64,000 bases of DNA from Octopus vulgaris (taxonomy: Eukaryota): the NCBI GenBank assembly GCA_951406725.2, contig OX597827.1:39370001-39434000 (forward strand), read 5' to 3'. Both the position numbers and the translations under genes were made by a program. The notes beneath the pieces are model-generated. The model did no database searches, was not told the origin of the DNA, and saw only the letters and a list, made by a program, of their open reading frames with translations. Of the stretch, positions 11,627 to 25,619 are shown piece by piece. Numbering within the stretch: the stretch's first letter is position 1; every line of letters starts with the position of its first letter.

Positions 11627-14399
11627 ATAATATGATCTATACAAATACATAATGAAATGCTTGGCATGGATTTGATCGTAAGACCTATTTGCCTGTCATC
11701 CAATACTATATCTGCCTAACTATTTGGTCCCCTACTTCTTGACTGGGATCATGATGACTTGATGGGATCGTAAGGTTCAGTGATTTTTATATGATTGCTA
11801 ATGGTATAAGTAGATGTGATATACATTATGGCTAGCATGTTAGTCTGTCACAGGTAACAAACATACAAGATGATCTAATATAGTGTATAGTTAGACATAT
11901 TACTCACAGATAAATGGACTGAGGGCTCACCCATGCTTCTTGAAGATTACATTAAGGGTACACATATCTGTGGGATACTAAGGCACCTACATATTAATGT
12001 TTGAGACAAATATGGGCAATACCATAACATAACTATATTGTATTCTTTGAGAGCATGTGGCATTGTTCACATTTGCTATTTGAAACATATACAACAAATA
12101 GATCTCAAGACAAAATTTCCATCCATGAACTTTCAATCTTTTGATCAACTGAACTCATGAAGTTAGCATATAAGAGGCAGAATACTCCACAGACATGTGT
12201 ACACTTAATGTAATCCTCAGGCAGGAGTCAATGTATTAAAGTGTATGAAAAGGCTGTACCATTGAACTAAATGTACTATCCATCTGATGAGACCCCATAC
12301 AGTTTCTGTCTGCCATGTATGACTTGCAAGCTCAGGTTCACCTCAGGTATATATATAGTAAAATACACTTGCACCAGAGTCCATGCAGTCAGTTTGAACC
12401 CAGGACCTTATGGTTGCAAAGCAAATTTCTTAACCAATCAGCCATATTTACACTGTTATACTCCCATCAACATCTTTATTCATTTGATCATTATAATCAT
12501 TAAAATTACCATTATCAACTTTTTGATGATAATAATTATGGCAGTAGACAATAGAACTGGTAGAGCAACAGGCTAAATGTCTCGTGATTGTTAGTTATGG
12601 CCATTCATGTTCTGACTTCGATTCTTGCTGATGTTTACTTTGCTTTTGGTACTTTCTGAGATTGATAAAAAAAAACTATCAGTTGGATACTGTTGTCGAT
12701 ATAATTAACCACATTTTCTCTGCCTACAAAGCTTGTGTGTGTTTGTATGTGTGTATGTATGTATGTATGTATGTATGTATGTATGTATGTATGTATGTAT
12801 GTATGTATGTATGTATGTATGTATGTATGCATGTATGTGTGTATGAGCAAAGGTGTGTGTGTATGTGAGAGTGACCTTGAGTGAGTGTGTGTGTGTATTA
12901 AAATTAGAAATCTCAGTTATTATTTCAATCATCACCATCTTCATTATTATCAATGGAAATAGTTGAAACACTAGCATGATAGATTAAGTACCTTGTGGTA
13001 CTATCTAATTACATCCCTTATATATTCTGAGTTCCAATCTGATCAAAGCTGACCTTGCCATTCTTTCTTCCGGTGGGGTGGGAGTAAGAGTCGATAATAT
13101 AAATACCAATCAAGTAGATGAAGTTGATTTAATGGAGTGCAACTCTGCTCACACTAAATTTCTTGGCTTTGTGCCGAGGAAATAAATAATTATTATAAGT
13201 GGATAGACACATTATTCCTTTTAGTTTAGAAATAAAAGATTCCTTGTTCAAATCCAGTCTGGTACTATGCACACATCCTGGAATAAGACACTTGATTGTA
13301 ATCATAGATCAAAGTAATTGAAATATAGTGTTGATATAATGATTAAAAAATATTTTTCATATTTAAAGCTAAAGTCATCATCATCATCATTGTCATCATC
13401 ATCATTGGTTTTCTACATAGGCATATGACCTCTAACTTTTGAGTTTGAATTTAGATGATTATACTGAATCCAGTACTTGAATAGTACTTTATCTGGTTAA
13501 CTCCTGGAAGAATGAAAGACATAGTTGATGTCAGCAGGATATGAACTCAGAATGTAAAGGACTATAACTGAATACAGAAAGGCATTTTGCCCATCACTGC
13601 TGATCTAAGCACAAGGCCAGAATTTGTTGGATTTTTTAGATGGAAGGGGTTAGTCAATAAAATCAACCCCAGTGCTTGACTGTTACTTTATTTTATTGAC
13701 CTCCAGAAGGACGAAAGGCAAAGTTGATCTTGGTGGGACTTGAACTTAGAATCCAAAGGACCATGACTAAATACTGCAAGATATTTAGTCTGACACTCTT
13801 ATGAGTCCATCAATTTATCACTCTATAAAAATATTGTTAACAACTACTTATGTTAGACATTTAAACATTTAATCATTATTATATTTTGGAAGGACTTAAT
13901 AGTGAACTGGAAGGGTTTATAGGGCTTCAAACAAAATAGGGTAAGTCATTTAACTTTTTTTTCACCTAATTTTGAAATCAAATACCATAGAAATTAAGTC
14001 TCCTCTTTTTGTCTTTCTGCAGGAGGGTGTCAATAACATAAGTACCAAATCAATTGCTCCAAAATGTTCTGGCCTAGTGCCGTAGTGAAAAATCATTATT
14101 ATATTGTTACTACAATATTATCTGCACTAGATAGATAGTTTAATCATGGGCTGTACTACTAAAGGCTGAAATAAGTCCAAAAATTATATATTATTTAGAG
14201 CCACTGTCATTCATTGTACATTTTTGGCTAGTCACTATAATTATTTATCATATTTGATGGTACATTCATTGAATTTAGTGTTCAGTTACAAAAAAATGAT
14301 TCCCTCATCATTTAGTAAGTTAAATAATATATGTAGATATGCATGTATATATATACATATTTACATATATGTGGTACACACACACACACACACATATAC

Positions 14400-14471
<72 letters not shown>

Positions 14472-14473
14472 AT

Positions 14474-14837
14474 GGAGGTGCAATAGCCCAGTGGTTAGGG
14501 CAGCGGACTCACGGTTTCAGTTCTCAGACTGGGGGCTGTGAGTGTTTATTGGGTGAAAACACCTAAAGCACCACAAGGCTCTGGCAGGGGCTGATGGCGA
14601 ACCCTGCTGTACTCTTTCATCACAACTTTCTCTCACTTTTTCTTCCTGTTTCTGTTTTATCTGTATTTCAAAGGGACAGCCTTATCACACTCTGTGTCAC
14701 GCTGAATCTCCTTGAGAACTACATTAAGGGTACATGTGTCTGTGAAGTGCTCAGCCACTTGCATGTTAATTTCATGAGCAGGCTGTTCCATTGATTGGAT
14801 CAACTGGAACCCTCATTGTCACAACTGACAGAATGCC

Positions 14838-14840
<3 letters not shown>
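14474..14840 (+). mobile_element. SINE family C (tRNA-derived head tagcccagtggttagggcagcggactc)
   Basis: A-box-like head. A better-preserved reverse copy lies at 40822-41203, and degenerate tail fragments face each other at ~11935-12005(+) and ~12120-12230(-). Confidence 0.85.
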
Positions 14841-14873
<33 letters not shown>

Positions 14874-15569
14874 CATACATACATACATACATAAGAAATT
14901 AAATAAATGACAAGGGAACAGGAAACTATGCAAAGAACTTCATTAGTATCACTAATCCTAAGTGATGTATATATATTATATGTCACCTTGGGTATATAGT
15001 ATATAATATCTTTTATAATCCTGGGTTGACCAAAGCCTTGGGAGCTGATTTGGTAGATGGAAACTGAAAAAGTCTGTCAATTATGTGTGTGTGTGTGTTG
15101 GTATCTTATTGTCTTGACTTTGCATGCTTGTTGTAAACAAGTGTCTCAAACATACAAAAGGTATCCTTTATTTCCAATCTTCCATGAAAAAATTGTCCAG
15201 CCACGGGGGAATATTACCTTACTTGGAAGCAGGTGAGGGTTTGCAACAAGAAAGGAATTAAGCCATAGAAAATCTGCCCCTGAATTAGGTTCTTTCGATG
15301 AGCTGATGAAACTTTAAGTTACATGGAGATGAATGAAAGAATGAAATTCTTATCATTGAACAATATATGTAACTCCTATCACATGTGGTGAGTACCACAT
15401 TTTTAGTTTGTCTACTCACATGTGCATATATGCACATGTATATAAAATCCAAATGAGAAGACAAAGAAAGAGTTTATCATATCTTTAATGACCAGTTACA
15501 ATTGTTTCTGTACCATTCTGTTTTTAACATCAAGTCATGCAAAATTTCCATATGAAAAGTTATGTAATA

Positions 15570-15967
15570 GGTGTAGGAGTGGCTGTGTGGTAAGTAGCTT
15601 GTTTACGAACCACATAGTTCTGGGTTCAGTCCCACTGCATGGCACCTTGGGCAAGTGTCTTCTACTATAGCCTCAGGCTGACCAAAGCCTTGTGAGTGGA
15701 TTTGGTAGACGGAAACTGAAAGAAGCCCATCGTATATATGTATATATATATGTATGTGTGTTTTTGTGTGTCTGTGTTTGTCCCCCCCAACATCACTTGA
15801 CAATCAATGTTGGTGTGTTTATGTCCCTGTAACTTAGCGGTTCGGCAAAAGAGACTGATAGAATAAGTACTAGGCTTACAAAGAATAAGTCCTGGGGTCG
15901 ATTTGTTCGACTAAAGGTGGTGCTCCAGCATGGCCACAGTCAAATGACTGAAACAAGTAAAAGAGTA
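15570..15967 (+). mobile_element. SINE family B, full length
   Basis: Complete head, core, microsatellite and tail. Confidence 0.9.
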
Positions 15968-17150
15968 ATGCTTGCAGTTTTATAAATAGAGGGGCACTTC
16001 ATCAAACTTACATCAAAGGTGCACTCTTACATTGTGCATTGGCATATAGAATTATACATGTATGCATGCACACACACACGCACACACACACATAATACGC
16101 ACACACATACAAATGATAAATATACATTGGTGGTACTAGAAGTACCCAATGTTGAGTAGAAAGTACTTAATACATGATATATGCAGTGTGAAAGAGATTT
16201 ATACTAACTAAAATTAATATTTATCAAAAAAGAAAACCATACAAGTTTGTGCATGCACATGTGTGTGTGTGTGTGTGTGCTAATATATTGAACATTTTTC
16301 AAACTGTCTTGTTAGCACTATTATGCAAATTAGATTGACCAGTTAAGTGAAGCCCAACTTTACATGCACTTATAAACAGGTATTAGCTGCTACTCTCTTT
16401 GCAAAAAGAAGGTGAAGGTCTAAGTAGACTAGAAACTGTTTGATAAAATTCCATTTTTCTCTGCTTATGGAGAGACAGGACTTGCTATGTAGCCTCATGT
16501 TTGCTTCTTCACAGTAAGATTAATGCTATATGTTTATTACAAAAGGCACATATAAAATTTCATATTATATATCCTCAAGTAGACACACACATATACATCA
16601 TCATCATCATCGTTTAACGTCCGTTTTCTGTGCTAGCATGGGTTGGACGGTTCGACCGGGGTCTGGGAAGCCAGGAGGCTGCACCAGGCTCCAATTTATA
16701 ATACATACATAATGCTTTATAAATATATGCATGTGTACGTATATATATATATATATATATTCACTCATAATATATAATAATCCTTTTTACTATAAGTACA
16801 AGGCCTGAAATTTTGGGGAATGGGGAAACTTGATCACATCAATCCTAGTACTTGACTGGGACTTAATTTATTGGCCCTGAAAGGATGAAAGGGAAACTCG
16901 ACCTTGGCGGAATTTGAACTCAGAACGTAGTGGTGGATGAAATAGCACTAAGCATTTCACCCTTCATGCTAACGACTCTGCCAGCTTGCCACCTTAATAA
17001 TAATAATAATAGTAATAATAATAATAATAATAATAGTCAAGACAATGAGCGCGATTCGATTGTAAGATATTTTATTAGTTGAAGAAATCACACTCTTCGT
17101 CTTGACCGTTTACATTTGTGAAGAGTTACGTCAATCCCTTTTAAAATATG

Positions 17151-17203
<53 letters not shown>

Positions 17204-17936
17204 ATGAGGATGGAAATTCATAAGCTTTAATTATGCATATGCACACATACATATAATATATATTGTAAACATTTATTATACAATATACATAATGTGTGTG
17301 CGTGTGCTCATGAGAAAAATTATGAAAAATATCTACAGGTGTTCATAAAACTGGTGCTTGCAACCACCTACTCACAAATGTTAAGCAATGAAACCTGGAT
17401 CCCCCATCCCACACCTTGTCATGGATTTTAACGTTGCCAAAACAAATATCCTGTGGCCCTCCTTCTGAGTACTGCAAATGGCTTGAGGTAATGTAGAATT
17501 AAGTGTCTTGTTAAAAGAAAAAAAAATCACCAAAATACTTAGGGTAGACTCAAGTTGGTAATCAATAATTTTGAAAGTAGAAAAATTCATTCAGATATAT
17601 GAATCTGTTTTTTTTTCCATGTATGTATATGTGTGTGTGTGTGTGTATGATGGGTACAGTTATGTCTGGATGGTGAAGATGTTAGATGCAGTGTTGAGGT
17701 TTTGCATTTGATTCAGCTGCAGAGCCCCTCAAGCAAGTGCTCTTGCCACAGCCTGGTGTTAACTTGATTCTATTGAGGGCAACTGGGTTGATGGAAACTG
17801 GACACCCATTGGAATGACTATACTTGAGGGAAGTGTCTAGGGAATACACAGCCACATTAAATATATCTAATGAGCAGGTAGTTCCATAATAGAAAGACTC
17901 AGTATCGAAACTGAATGTGGTTCTACTTACTAGTGT

Positions 17937-18001
<65 letters not shown>

Positions 18002-18516
18002 TGTGTGTGTTTGTGTGAGTGTCTGTTTGTGAGTGTGTGTGTGAGACTTGTGCGCATGTATGTGTGCATGTATGTGTGCAAGTGTGTATGACTTGTGTGT
18101 GTGTGCATGTATGTGTGTGACTTGTATGTGTGTGTTTATGTACTTAGTATGTGCATGTGTGTATGTGTATGAGAAAGAAAAAAGCAAAAAAAACAAGTGT
18201 CAAAGAAAGATAAAGAGTAAAGACGTAGAAGGCAAGAGAGAGAAAGAGAAAAAGATAACAAGAAAGAGAGAGATGAAAAAAAGAGAAAGTGAAAAAGAAA
18301 GAAGAGATGAAGAGAAAAAATAACAAAGAAATAAAAAAAAATATAGAGAGAGACAAATCAATTAAAAAACAACAAAATGTAAATTTATTTTTTTTTATAA
18401 AAAAAAATGGAGAAGAACACACAAAAAAACCCCTACAGAAAAATATAAGAAAGCAAAGTAAAACTGAAAGAAAACGAAAAGAAAGAGTCTAGAAACAGCA
18501 ATAAATTCTATATTAC

Positions 18517-18613
18517 CTGGTGTACGAACTCTAAGGTAGACATGGGAAAGGGTGAGGGTATGCAGCCACCGCCAGTACGAATACGAAATGATGAGAAACT
18601 GGCAGGACTGCTC
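18517..18613 (-). CDS. candidate 97-nt internal exon of an unidentified gene
   Basis: atatcag| acceptor and CAG|gtaata donor on the minus strand, in a complex CpG-retaining island within low-complexity DNA. Two of three frames are open (SSPASFSSFRIRTGGGCIPSPFPMSTLEFVHQ; EQSCQFLIISYSYWRWLHTLTLSHVYLRVRTP). Confidence 0.5.
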
Positions 18614-18990
18614 CTGATATATATATCAGGTGTGTGTAGGTGTATGGCTATCTGTAAGTGTGTTTATGTGATTGTATCTGTTACTGCACATGTGTGTGAT
18701 AGGCTGAGAGAGAGAGAAAGGGGGGAATGAGAGAGAGAGAGAGAAAGAGAGAGAGAGGGGAGTGATACAGAGAAAGAGATAGGGAGAGGGAAGGAGAGAA
18801 AGAGAGATAAAGTATACAGACTATTGGCTGAAGGAAGAAATGGCATGAGTTATAAATACATACATAGATAAATACACATGCACACACCCATACATGAATA
18901 CACTAATATATAAATACATATACACATGCATGCGCACACACACACTCACACATATGAACAAGAGAGAGAGAAAAAGTGAGAGATTGAGTC

Positions 18991-19066
<76 letters not shown>

Positions 19067-19609
19067 AGAGAGAATCAGAAACAAAAGTGGTATCAACTAT
19101 TGAGTGGTTGGGTGAGTTGAATACCCAATTACTAAGTAAAAAGATGTGTTGTGCATGTGTGTATCTTGTGTTGTGCTGTGTTCATGTGTGTGTGTCGAAT
19201 GCATGTATGTGTTGTGTGTGTGTGTGGTTGTGCTTACGTGCATTTGAATCTTCTTTATCACTACATATTACCTCTAGCATTACACACACACAAACACATT
19301 TAACCAAACAGGAAAAAAAAATCCTACTTGGATTATGTTACCAACAGAACACATATACTCATACATATGCAAATACTAATAGTGACGCATACACAAACTA
19401 CAATACTCTCACTCCAGCAAACTCATATATGTATATAAGTATAACAGACACTAGTTAGATTCTGATACAACTAGTGTCAAGTTCCTCTGTTCCTCTGCTC
19501 TGAGTATGTATTTTTTATTCATAACCTCAGTATCCTCAGTGAAAATACACAAACACATGCATGGAAGCAGACCATGTCAGCTTAAAAAATGTGTCCACAC
19601 ACCTACACA

Positions 19610-19927
19610 TACATACACGCACATGTCAAGGTCACCAGCCCTCTTCCACAAGCGCATACATACTCTCTTATACACATGCACGCTCACCTTCGTTTTGGGA
19701 TCGCAACTACTTTATTATCTTTCCTTCTTCCTAGCTCTCCTGTGTGACCCCTCTGTCCAGCATTTGTCATGATAGATCGCTAGCCATTACACATTCTTTA
19801 TTTTCTCTCCTTGTTTCTTTCTGTGGAAGAGCATAGGCTCAAAACGTTAAAGACTTTTTCACTTCCCAAGTGTTAAACTAATACACTACCTGTCTTTGTC
19901 TTTTGTTTTTTTTTGTGAATTCTCCCT
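19610..19927 (+). mobile_element. Penelope-like terminal fragment with a degenerate hammerhead-like motif
   Basis: Its 3' ~170 bp matches the reverse copy at 42697-42887. Motif tcttt-CTGTGGA-a-gagc-atag-gctc-AAAA-cg-TT-aaaga at 19816-19853. Ends in (TA)n. Confidence 0.5.
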
Positions 19928-19932
19928 ATATA

Positions 19933-19972
<40 letters not shown>

Positions 19973-20083
19973 GATGAATATGGTATTTAAGTTGAAGGCA
20001 CCAGAATTTAGTATGGTATTATCCATACAATTTAAAATAAGGTAATTATAATCAAAATAAGCAACAAGGATATCCAGAGGTAA

Positions 20084-20170
20084 TGCAGTATGATCGTTTC
20101 ATGCGACTCCATTTAATTGAACAATACAAACATTACATCAATTTAAAATGTAGAGCAATCTTCAGCTGCA
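20084..20170 (-). ncRNA. type I hammerhead ribozyme motif with long stem II, inside a ~310-bp insert in (TA)n
   Basis: Reverse complement reads tgcag-CTGAAGA-[ttgctctacattttaaattga...tcaattaaatggagtcgcat]-GAAA-cgatca-TA-ctgca, with stem I tgcag/ctgca. Confidence 0.6.
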
Positions 20171-20278
20171 CAAAAATATAGAATTTAATTAAATTCGAAG
20201 GACTCAGTATAATTTTATCCAAAATCACCAAGAGGATAAGGAGATAGACAAAGAACATGTTTTACCAACAACATCACA

Positions 20279-20312
<34 letters not shown>

Positions 20313-20709
20313 TAGATATACATATATGGAGGTCAAATCAATAATGAGTATGATTACTGCTTCTTTTTGAGCTGCAGAGTGAAGATTATTTGCAGCATTT
20401 TACTGCAATTATTACATAAATGTCTCTTTTTAGTTAAATCAATGCAGAATCTTGTCTGTAGAAAGCACCGGCACTGGTACCACATAAAGAGCATTTGTGC
20501 TGGGGTTACATGAAAAACAGGCACCTGTGATAGTGCTATGTAAAAAGTAGTTGGTGTTAGGAAAGGTATCCAGCTGTATAAACCATGGTAAAGCAGACGA
20601 CTGGGGACTGGTGGAGCCATCTGGCTTGTTAGCTCCTGTCAAACCATCCAACCCATGTCTGCATGGAAAATGGGCATTAAAGGATGAGGGTTATGAATAT
20701 GTATGTATG

Positions 20710-20748
<39 letters not shown>

Positions 20749-21517
20749 GCATGAGTGTGTGTATGTATGTATTGTATTGTATGTATGTATATGCATGAAG
20801 GTATATATATATGTGTGTATGTAAAAAACATTAAATCAGGAAATAAGATTTTATCTCCTTGCTACCAACAATGGACATACAATATCATTGAAATTCCATC
20901 ACTAATTCATTCAGAAAATGAGGCTAATAAGGTCTCGAAATGTTAATGAACTTCGGTATTTAGATGTCTCAATCTAAACACAAAGGCCCAATGAGGAAAC
21001 ATATGAAAAATATTAATTAAAAAGATTTTTCAAATACAACAGGCACTGCTGTGTGGTAAAAGGCTTGCTTCACAACCACATGGTTCTAGGTTCAGTTTCA
21101 CTGTGTGGAACTTTGGGAAAGTGTCTTCTGCTATAACCTGAGGCCAACCAAAGCCTTGTGAGTGGATTTGGTAGATCAAAACTGAAATAAACCCATTGTA
21201 TATATATATATAGTGTTCCATTCCAGTTTCCTATTCAATTTATATTTATTTAGATTTAGATTTATTTAAATATAAATAAGTAGGTGCAAACACATGAACA
21301 AAATAAAAATAAAAATAAACAGAAACAAAAACAAATTACACATATATAAACAGGAGATACAAATATTACAGGCACTTCCCCCCACACACACACTAAACAT
21401 AGACACACATAGGGGTATACGCATGCGCAAATGAAGACACATACAATAGGAATACAAAATACAAAATGGCTGACCGTTAGTAAGGAGAGACACACAAATA
21501 AGAAAGAAGAAATCAAA

Positions 21518-21562
21518 GGACCACTGATGAGGTCACAGAAGTGTGATGAAAGAACTCTGGCC
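21518..21562 (+). ncRNA. minimal type I hammerhead ribozyme motif (slightly decayed)
   Basis: ggacca-CTGATGA-g-gtcaca-gaag-tgtgat-GAAA-gaac-TC-tggcc. Confidence 0.55.
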
Positions 21563-22518
21563 GAAATAAGATTAAGATTAATGTAAAAAATAAATAACGC
21601 TGAAGCAAAGTAACACCAAATATATAGTGCTTGTGTTTTTATTGGCTAAACTGGCAAAATGACCATTCCTAAATACAACAATAAATTTCTTATTCTTATT
21701 ATTATTCTTATACCAGGAGTGGCTGTGTGGTAAGCAGCTTGCTTACCAACCACATGCTATAGTACTGTATACATAAATGATGGGCTTTTTCAGCTTCTGT
21801 CTACCAAATCCACACACAAGGCTTTGGTTAGACCAGGGCTATTGTAGAAGACACTTGCCCAAGTTGACACGCAGTAAAATTGAACCTGGAACTATGTGGT
21901 TGGGAAACAAACTTCTTATCACAGCAACATCTGCACTTTTGTCAGTTTATAGACAGATTTTCATCTGTCACTTTGATGATATCAAACACGTTTTCTTTAT
22001 TTGCACTCAACACAATTCTCATTTTGCAAACATCAGGTTGCTTAACATTATTACCTTCATTGAAATATTGCAAAAGTCTTAGAATGTAATACTTCATTTT
22101 CAGAGATTAGATGATGTTTCAGATTGAGGTATGTTTTATTCCTATTTTTTTTTTATGGTATTCAATGAGAAGACAGATGAGAAGCAGCAGCTTTAATCAA
22201 ATTTTTCATCAACTGTTGATTTATCTCAGCTGAAACAGAAACGGATCTACCACACTTTGAGATGCCATTCAATAGATCACTTTCTCTATCTAACTTGCTA
22301 TTTTTGGTCTAGATAGTTAACTGGTTTTAGAAATCTTCTTCCATCCTGTACAATGTACAATGGTATCAGAAGCTGTAGAAGTATTTCATAATCCAAACAT
22401 ACTGATCAATTGAATATCATTTATCTGTCATTATCTGCAATTTTGTAAAGTAATGCGATATCAATAGATAGATAGATAGATAGATAGAGAGATAGATAGA
22501 TACATATATATATGTATG

Positions 22519-22675
<157 letters not shown>

Positions 22676-22970
22676 TCATATACACACATGTATGTGTGTG
22701 TGCATATGTTCCTAAATATTAGGGGATTAAAATGTTACATGCAAATTAATTAGCTGATAATAGCATAGAAACCAAGAGCTATTAATATTTCTATTATTAC
22801 ATGTATGCCAATTTTTAAATCTTATTTTAATATTATTATTATTATTATTTAATCTAATAATAATATTATTAATATTCAATGATTTTATTAATAATATTAC
22901 AATTATTTAATCTATAGCTATTAAATCCATGGGTATACATGCATATGTGCATGCACACACACATGCATGT

Positions 22971-23008
<38 letters not shown>

Positions 23009-23788
23009 CAGCTGAAAACAGAATCATTTCAATAAAGTACTGAACAAAACGCTTCACAGTATTTGTATCAGAACTATCTGCTCTACATTCAAATCCTGCC
23101 AAGATCAGCCTCTCATTTCCCCAGGGTTGGTAAAAGTGTACTGGTCTGGTAACAATCAAATATTGTAATTGATTTAAGTGATGATGAATTAGTAGCTGGA
23201 CTCCTTAAGCCTACAGTCTGATGCTGTTTCCAACTTTGTTCTAGAAACTTCTGTGATTGCATTGATTCTTAGCTGTATCAGCCCTTATATTCAAGGGTAG
23301 ATCCTTGAATATAAGTGATATTCTAATTAGTCTTTGAAATGTAATATTTACTTATTCATATTGCTTTTAATTAATCAAAAGCTTGCAGCTTTAAGATTTT
23401 GATAATGTGATTGTTTGTCTTGAGAATGACATTGTAGTATACATGTGAGAGGCCAGATTTGGCTGATTTATACATAAAATAAATATCAGTCAAACAATGT
23501 GGAGCAATGTAATGAACTGAAACCCTTCCCCTAAAAGTGCTGGCCTTGTGCCAAAATTTGAAATCACTCTAAGCAGAATCATTAGCATATTGGGCAAAAT
23601 GCTTAGTGGCATTTCATCTGGCTTTATGTTCTGAATTCAAATTCTGTTATAGTCGACTTTGTCTTTCAGCCTTTTTGGATTGATGAAATAAATACCAGCT
23701 GAATACTGGAGCTGATGTAATCGACTATCTCCTCTCAACAAATTTCAGGCCTTGTGCCTATTGTAGAAAGAATTACTATTATTATTAT

Positions 23789-24150
23789 TCAGTAGTCTTA
23801 TTTTTATCACATGCTTTCACAGCACTACCAAACGCAGCTCTGTGTGCCTTGGGTATGTGCTGTGGTTTGTTGTGATGCTCTTATTTTTACTGTCCTGAAA
23901 GTGTTTTACATAGGATGTGTGTGGTGCCTAGTAGTGCTATTTTCTGTATGCAATATATACTTGTTAGTCCTGGTGTTTTTGTTATGTATTTGTCTGAATT
24001 TTTTTTTTTTATCATTCCTAATGTGCCTACTATGATAGGAATTGTTTCTGATTTTAGACTCCACATTTAAGTTACCTCTATTTCCAGGCCTTTGTATTTT
24101 GAAAGTTTCTCTGCCTCTTTTAGAGAAAAATTGTCATCTGTTGGTATTGA
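23789..24150 (-). mobile_element. R4/Dong-clade LINE, 5'-truncated 3' end (RLE endonuclease C-terminus, 3'UTR, (TAA)n tail)
   Basis: Reverse-strand translation SIPTDDNFSLKEAEKLSKYKGLEIEVT*MWSLKSETIPIIVGTLGMIKK...IQKIALLGTTHILCKTLS. The same 3'UTR occurs at 36590-36712. Confidence 0.85.
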
Positions 24151-24211
24151 TAAATCGATTAGAAAGTATTTTTTCTTGGTGGTCGCTGATGACTATATCC
24201 AGCCAATTGGC

Positions 24212-24421
24212 TATGAGCTGGCAGAATCGTTAGCAAGCTGGACAAAATGCTTAGCAGTATTTTGCCTGTTGCTATGTTATGAGTTGAAATTCCTCTGAGG
24301 TCAACTTTGTTTTTTGTCCTTTTGGGGTCAATGAATTAAATACCTGAGAAACACTGGGGTTGATATAATTGACTAGTCCCCTTTCTGTAAATTTCAAGGC
24401 CTTGTGCCTTCAGTAGAAGAG

Positions 24422-24458
<37 letters not shown>

Positions 24459-24900
24459 GGGAGGCAAGCTAGCAGAATTGCTAACACACCAGGCAAAATG
24501 CTTAGCATCTTTACGTTCTGAGTTTTAATTCCACCAAGATCAACTTTGTTTTTCATCCTTTTGAGGTCAATAAAATAAATACCAGTTGAACACTTGGGTT
24601 GATATAAGTGACTTACCCCCTCCCCCAAAATTGCTGGCCTCAAGTCAAAATTTGAAACCATTATTATTATTATTATTTGGCAGCAAGCTAACGCAATTGT
24701 TAGCATGCTAGGCAAAATGCTTAGCAGTATTTAGCCTGATTTACGCTATGAGTTCAAATTTCGCCAATGTCAAAATTGCCTTTCATCCTTTTGGGGGTTG
24801 ATAAATTAAGTACCAGTTGAATACTGGAGATCGATGTAATTGACTACTCACCTCCCTCTAAATTTCAGGTCTTATACCTATAGTAGAAAGGATTATTATT
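24212..24900 (+). mobile_element. three head-to-tail SINE family A copies separated by (ATT)n
   Basis: Units at ~24212-24425, 24458-24662 and 24678-24895. Confidence 0.85.
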
Positions 24901-24912
24901 ATTATTATTATT

Positions 24913-25540
24913 GAGTGAGAGAGCAGTGCATGCCATCAAAGTGACATTGGGGTAAAATATACAAAGCCCAGTATACCCATCATGACTACCCGTCTGATAA
25001 GGGTACACTAGGCACATGCATCACAACCATATGTGCACGACATGACAAAAGTTAGTGAAATATCTAAAATGTTTACAGTTGGATAGATAGACAAATATAA
25101 CAAAATAATTTGATAAAAAATGTGAATTTTTAATTATTTTCTGAGATTTTACAAAAACAACAAAAATATTTTTTAATTAGGATGATCTCACATCAAGATA
25201 AACAGTACATGACCTTGCAGGTGGGGCCCACTTAGAATTTTCTTCTGGTTGAGTAACCCATCCCACGCAAAAGGTCCCTGAATAAGGGTTGTTTAAGGAT
25301 GCTGAATGAAACACCCATGTTTCCAGATGTGACTTATTCAAACCCCAAAGAATCCCTCTCAACACATGGCTATGATGCTCCCCCCACTACTTCTGCTAGT
25401 GATCAGAGACACACATATCATCAGCCACTAAGAGACATGCCCAACTGATTAAGGTCAAACAACTGACAAGCAAATGTGTGGTATTTAGCAGAATATTTGC
25501 TGTAGCTGATCTTTTATACCAAGACAAAACAATGTACATG
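24913..25540 (+). mobile_element. interspersed repeat family F (~550 bp, flanked by (ATT)n), with a 136-bp AT-rich insertion
   Basis: Colinear with the reverse copy at 35813-36370. Segment 25045-25180 is absent from that copy. Confidence 0.8.
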
Positions 25541-25558
25541 ATATTATTATTATCATCA

Positions 25559-25619
<61 letters not shown>

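Noticed and set aside
15297-15355. Hammerhead-like gatgag-CTGATGA...GAAA-tt-cttatc
   Set aside because: No credible stem II or stem III; it cannot be told from chance.
18542-18730. Plus-strand ORF MGKGEGMQPPPVRIRNDEKL
   Set aside because: No acceptor context on the + strand and it runs into microsatellite; splice signals favour the minus-strand exon.
21930-22420. Possible decayed transposase/integrase on the minus strand (…SANKENVFDIIK…)
   Set aside because: Similarity is too weak to call without a search.
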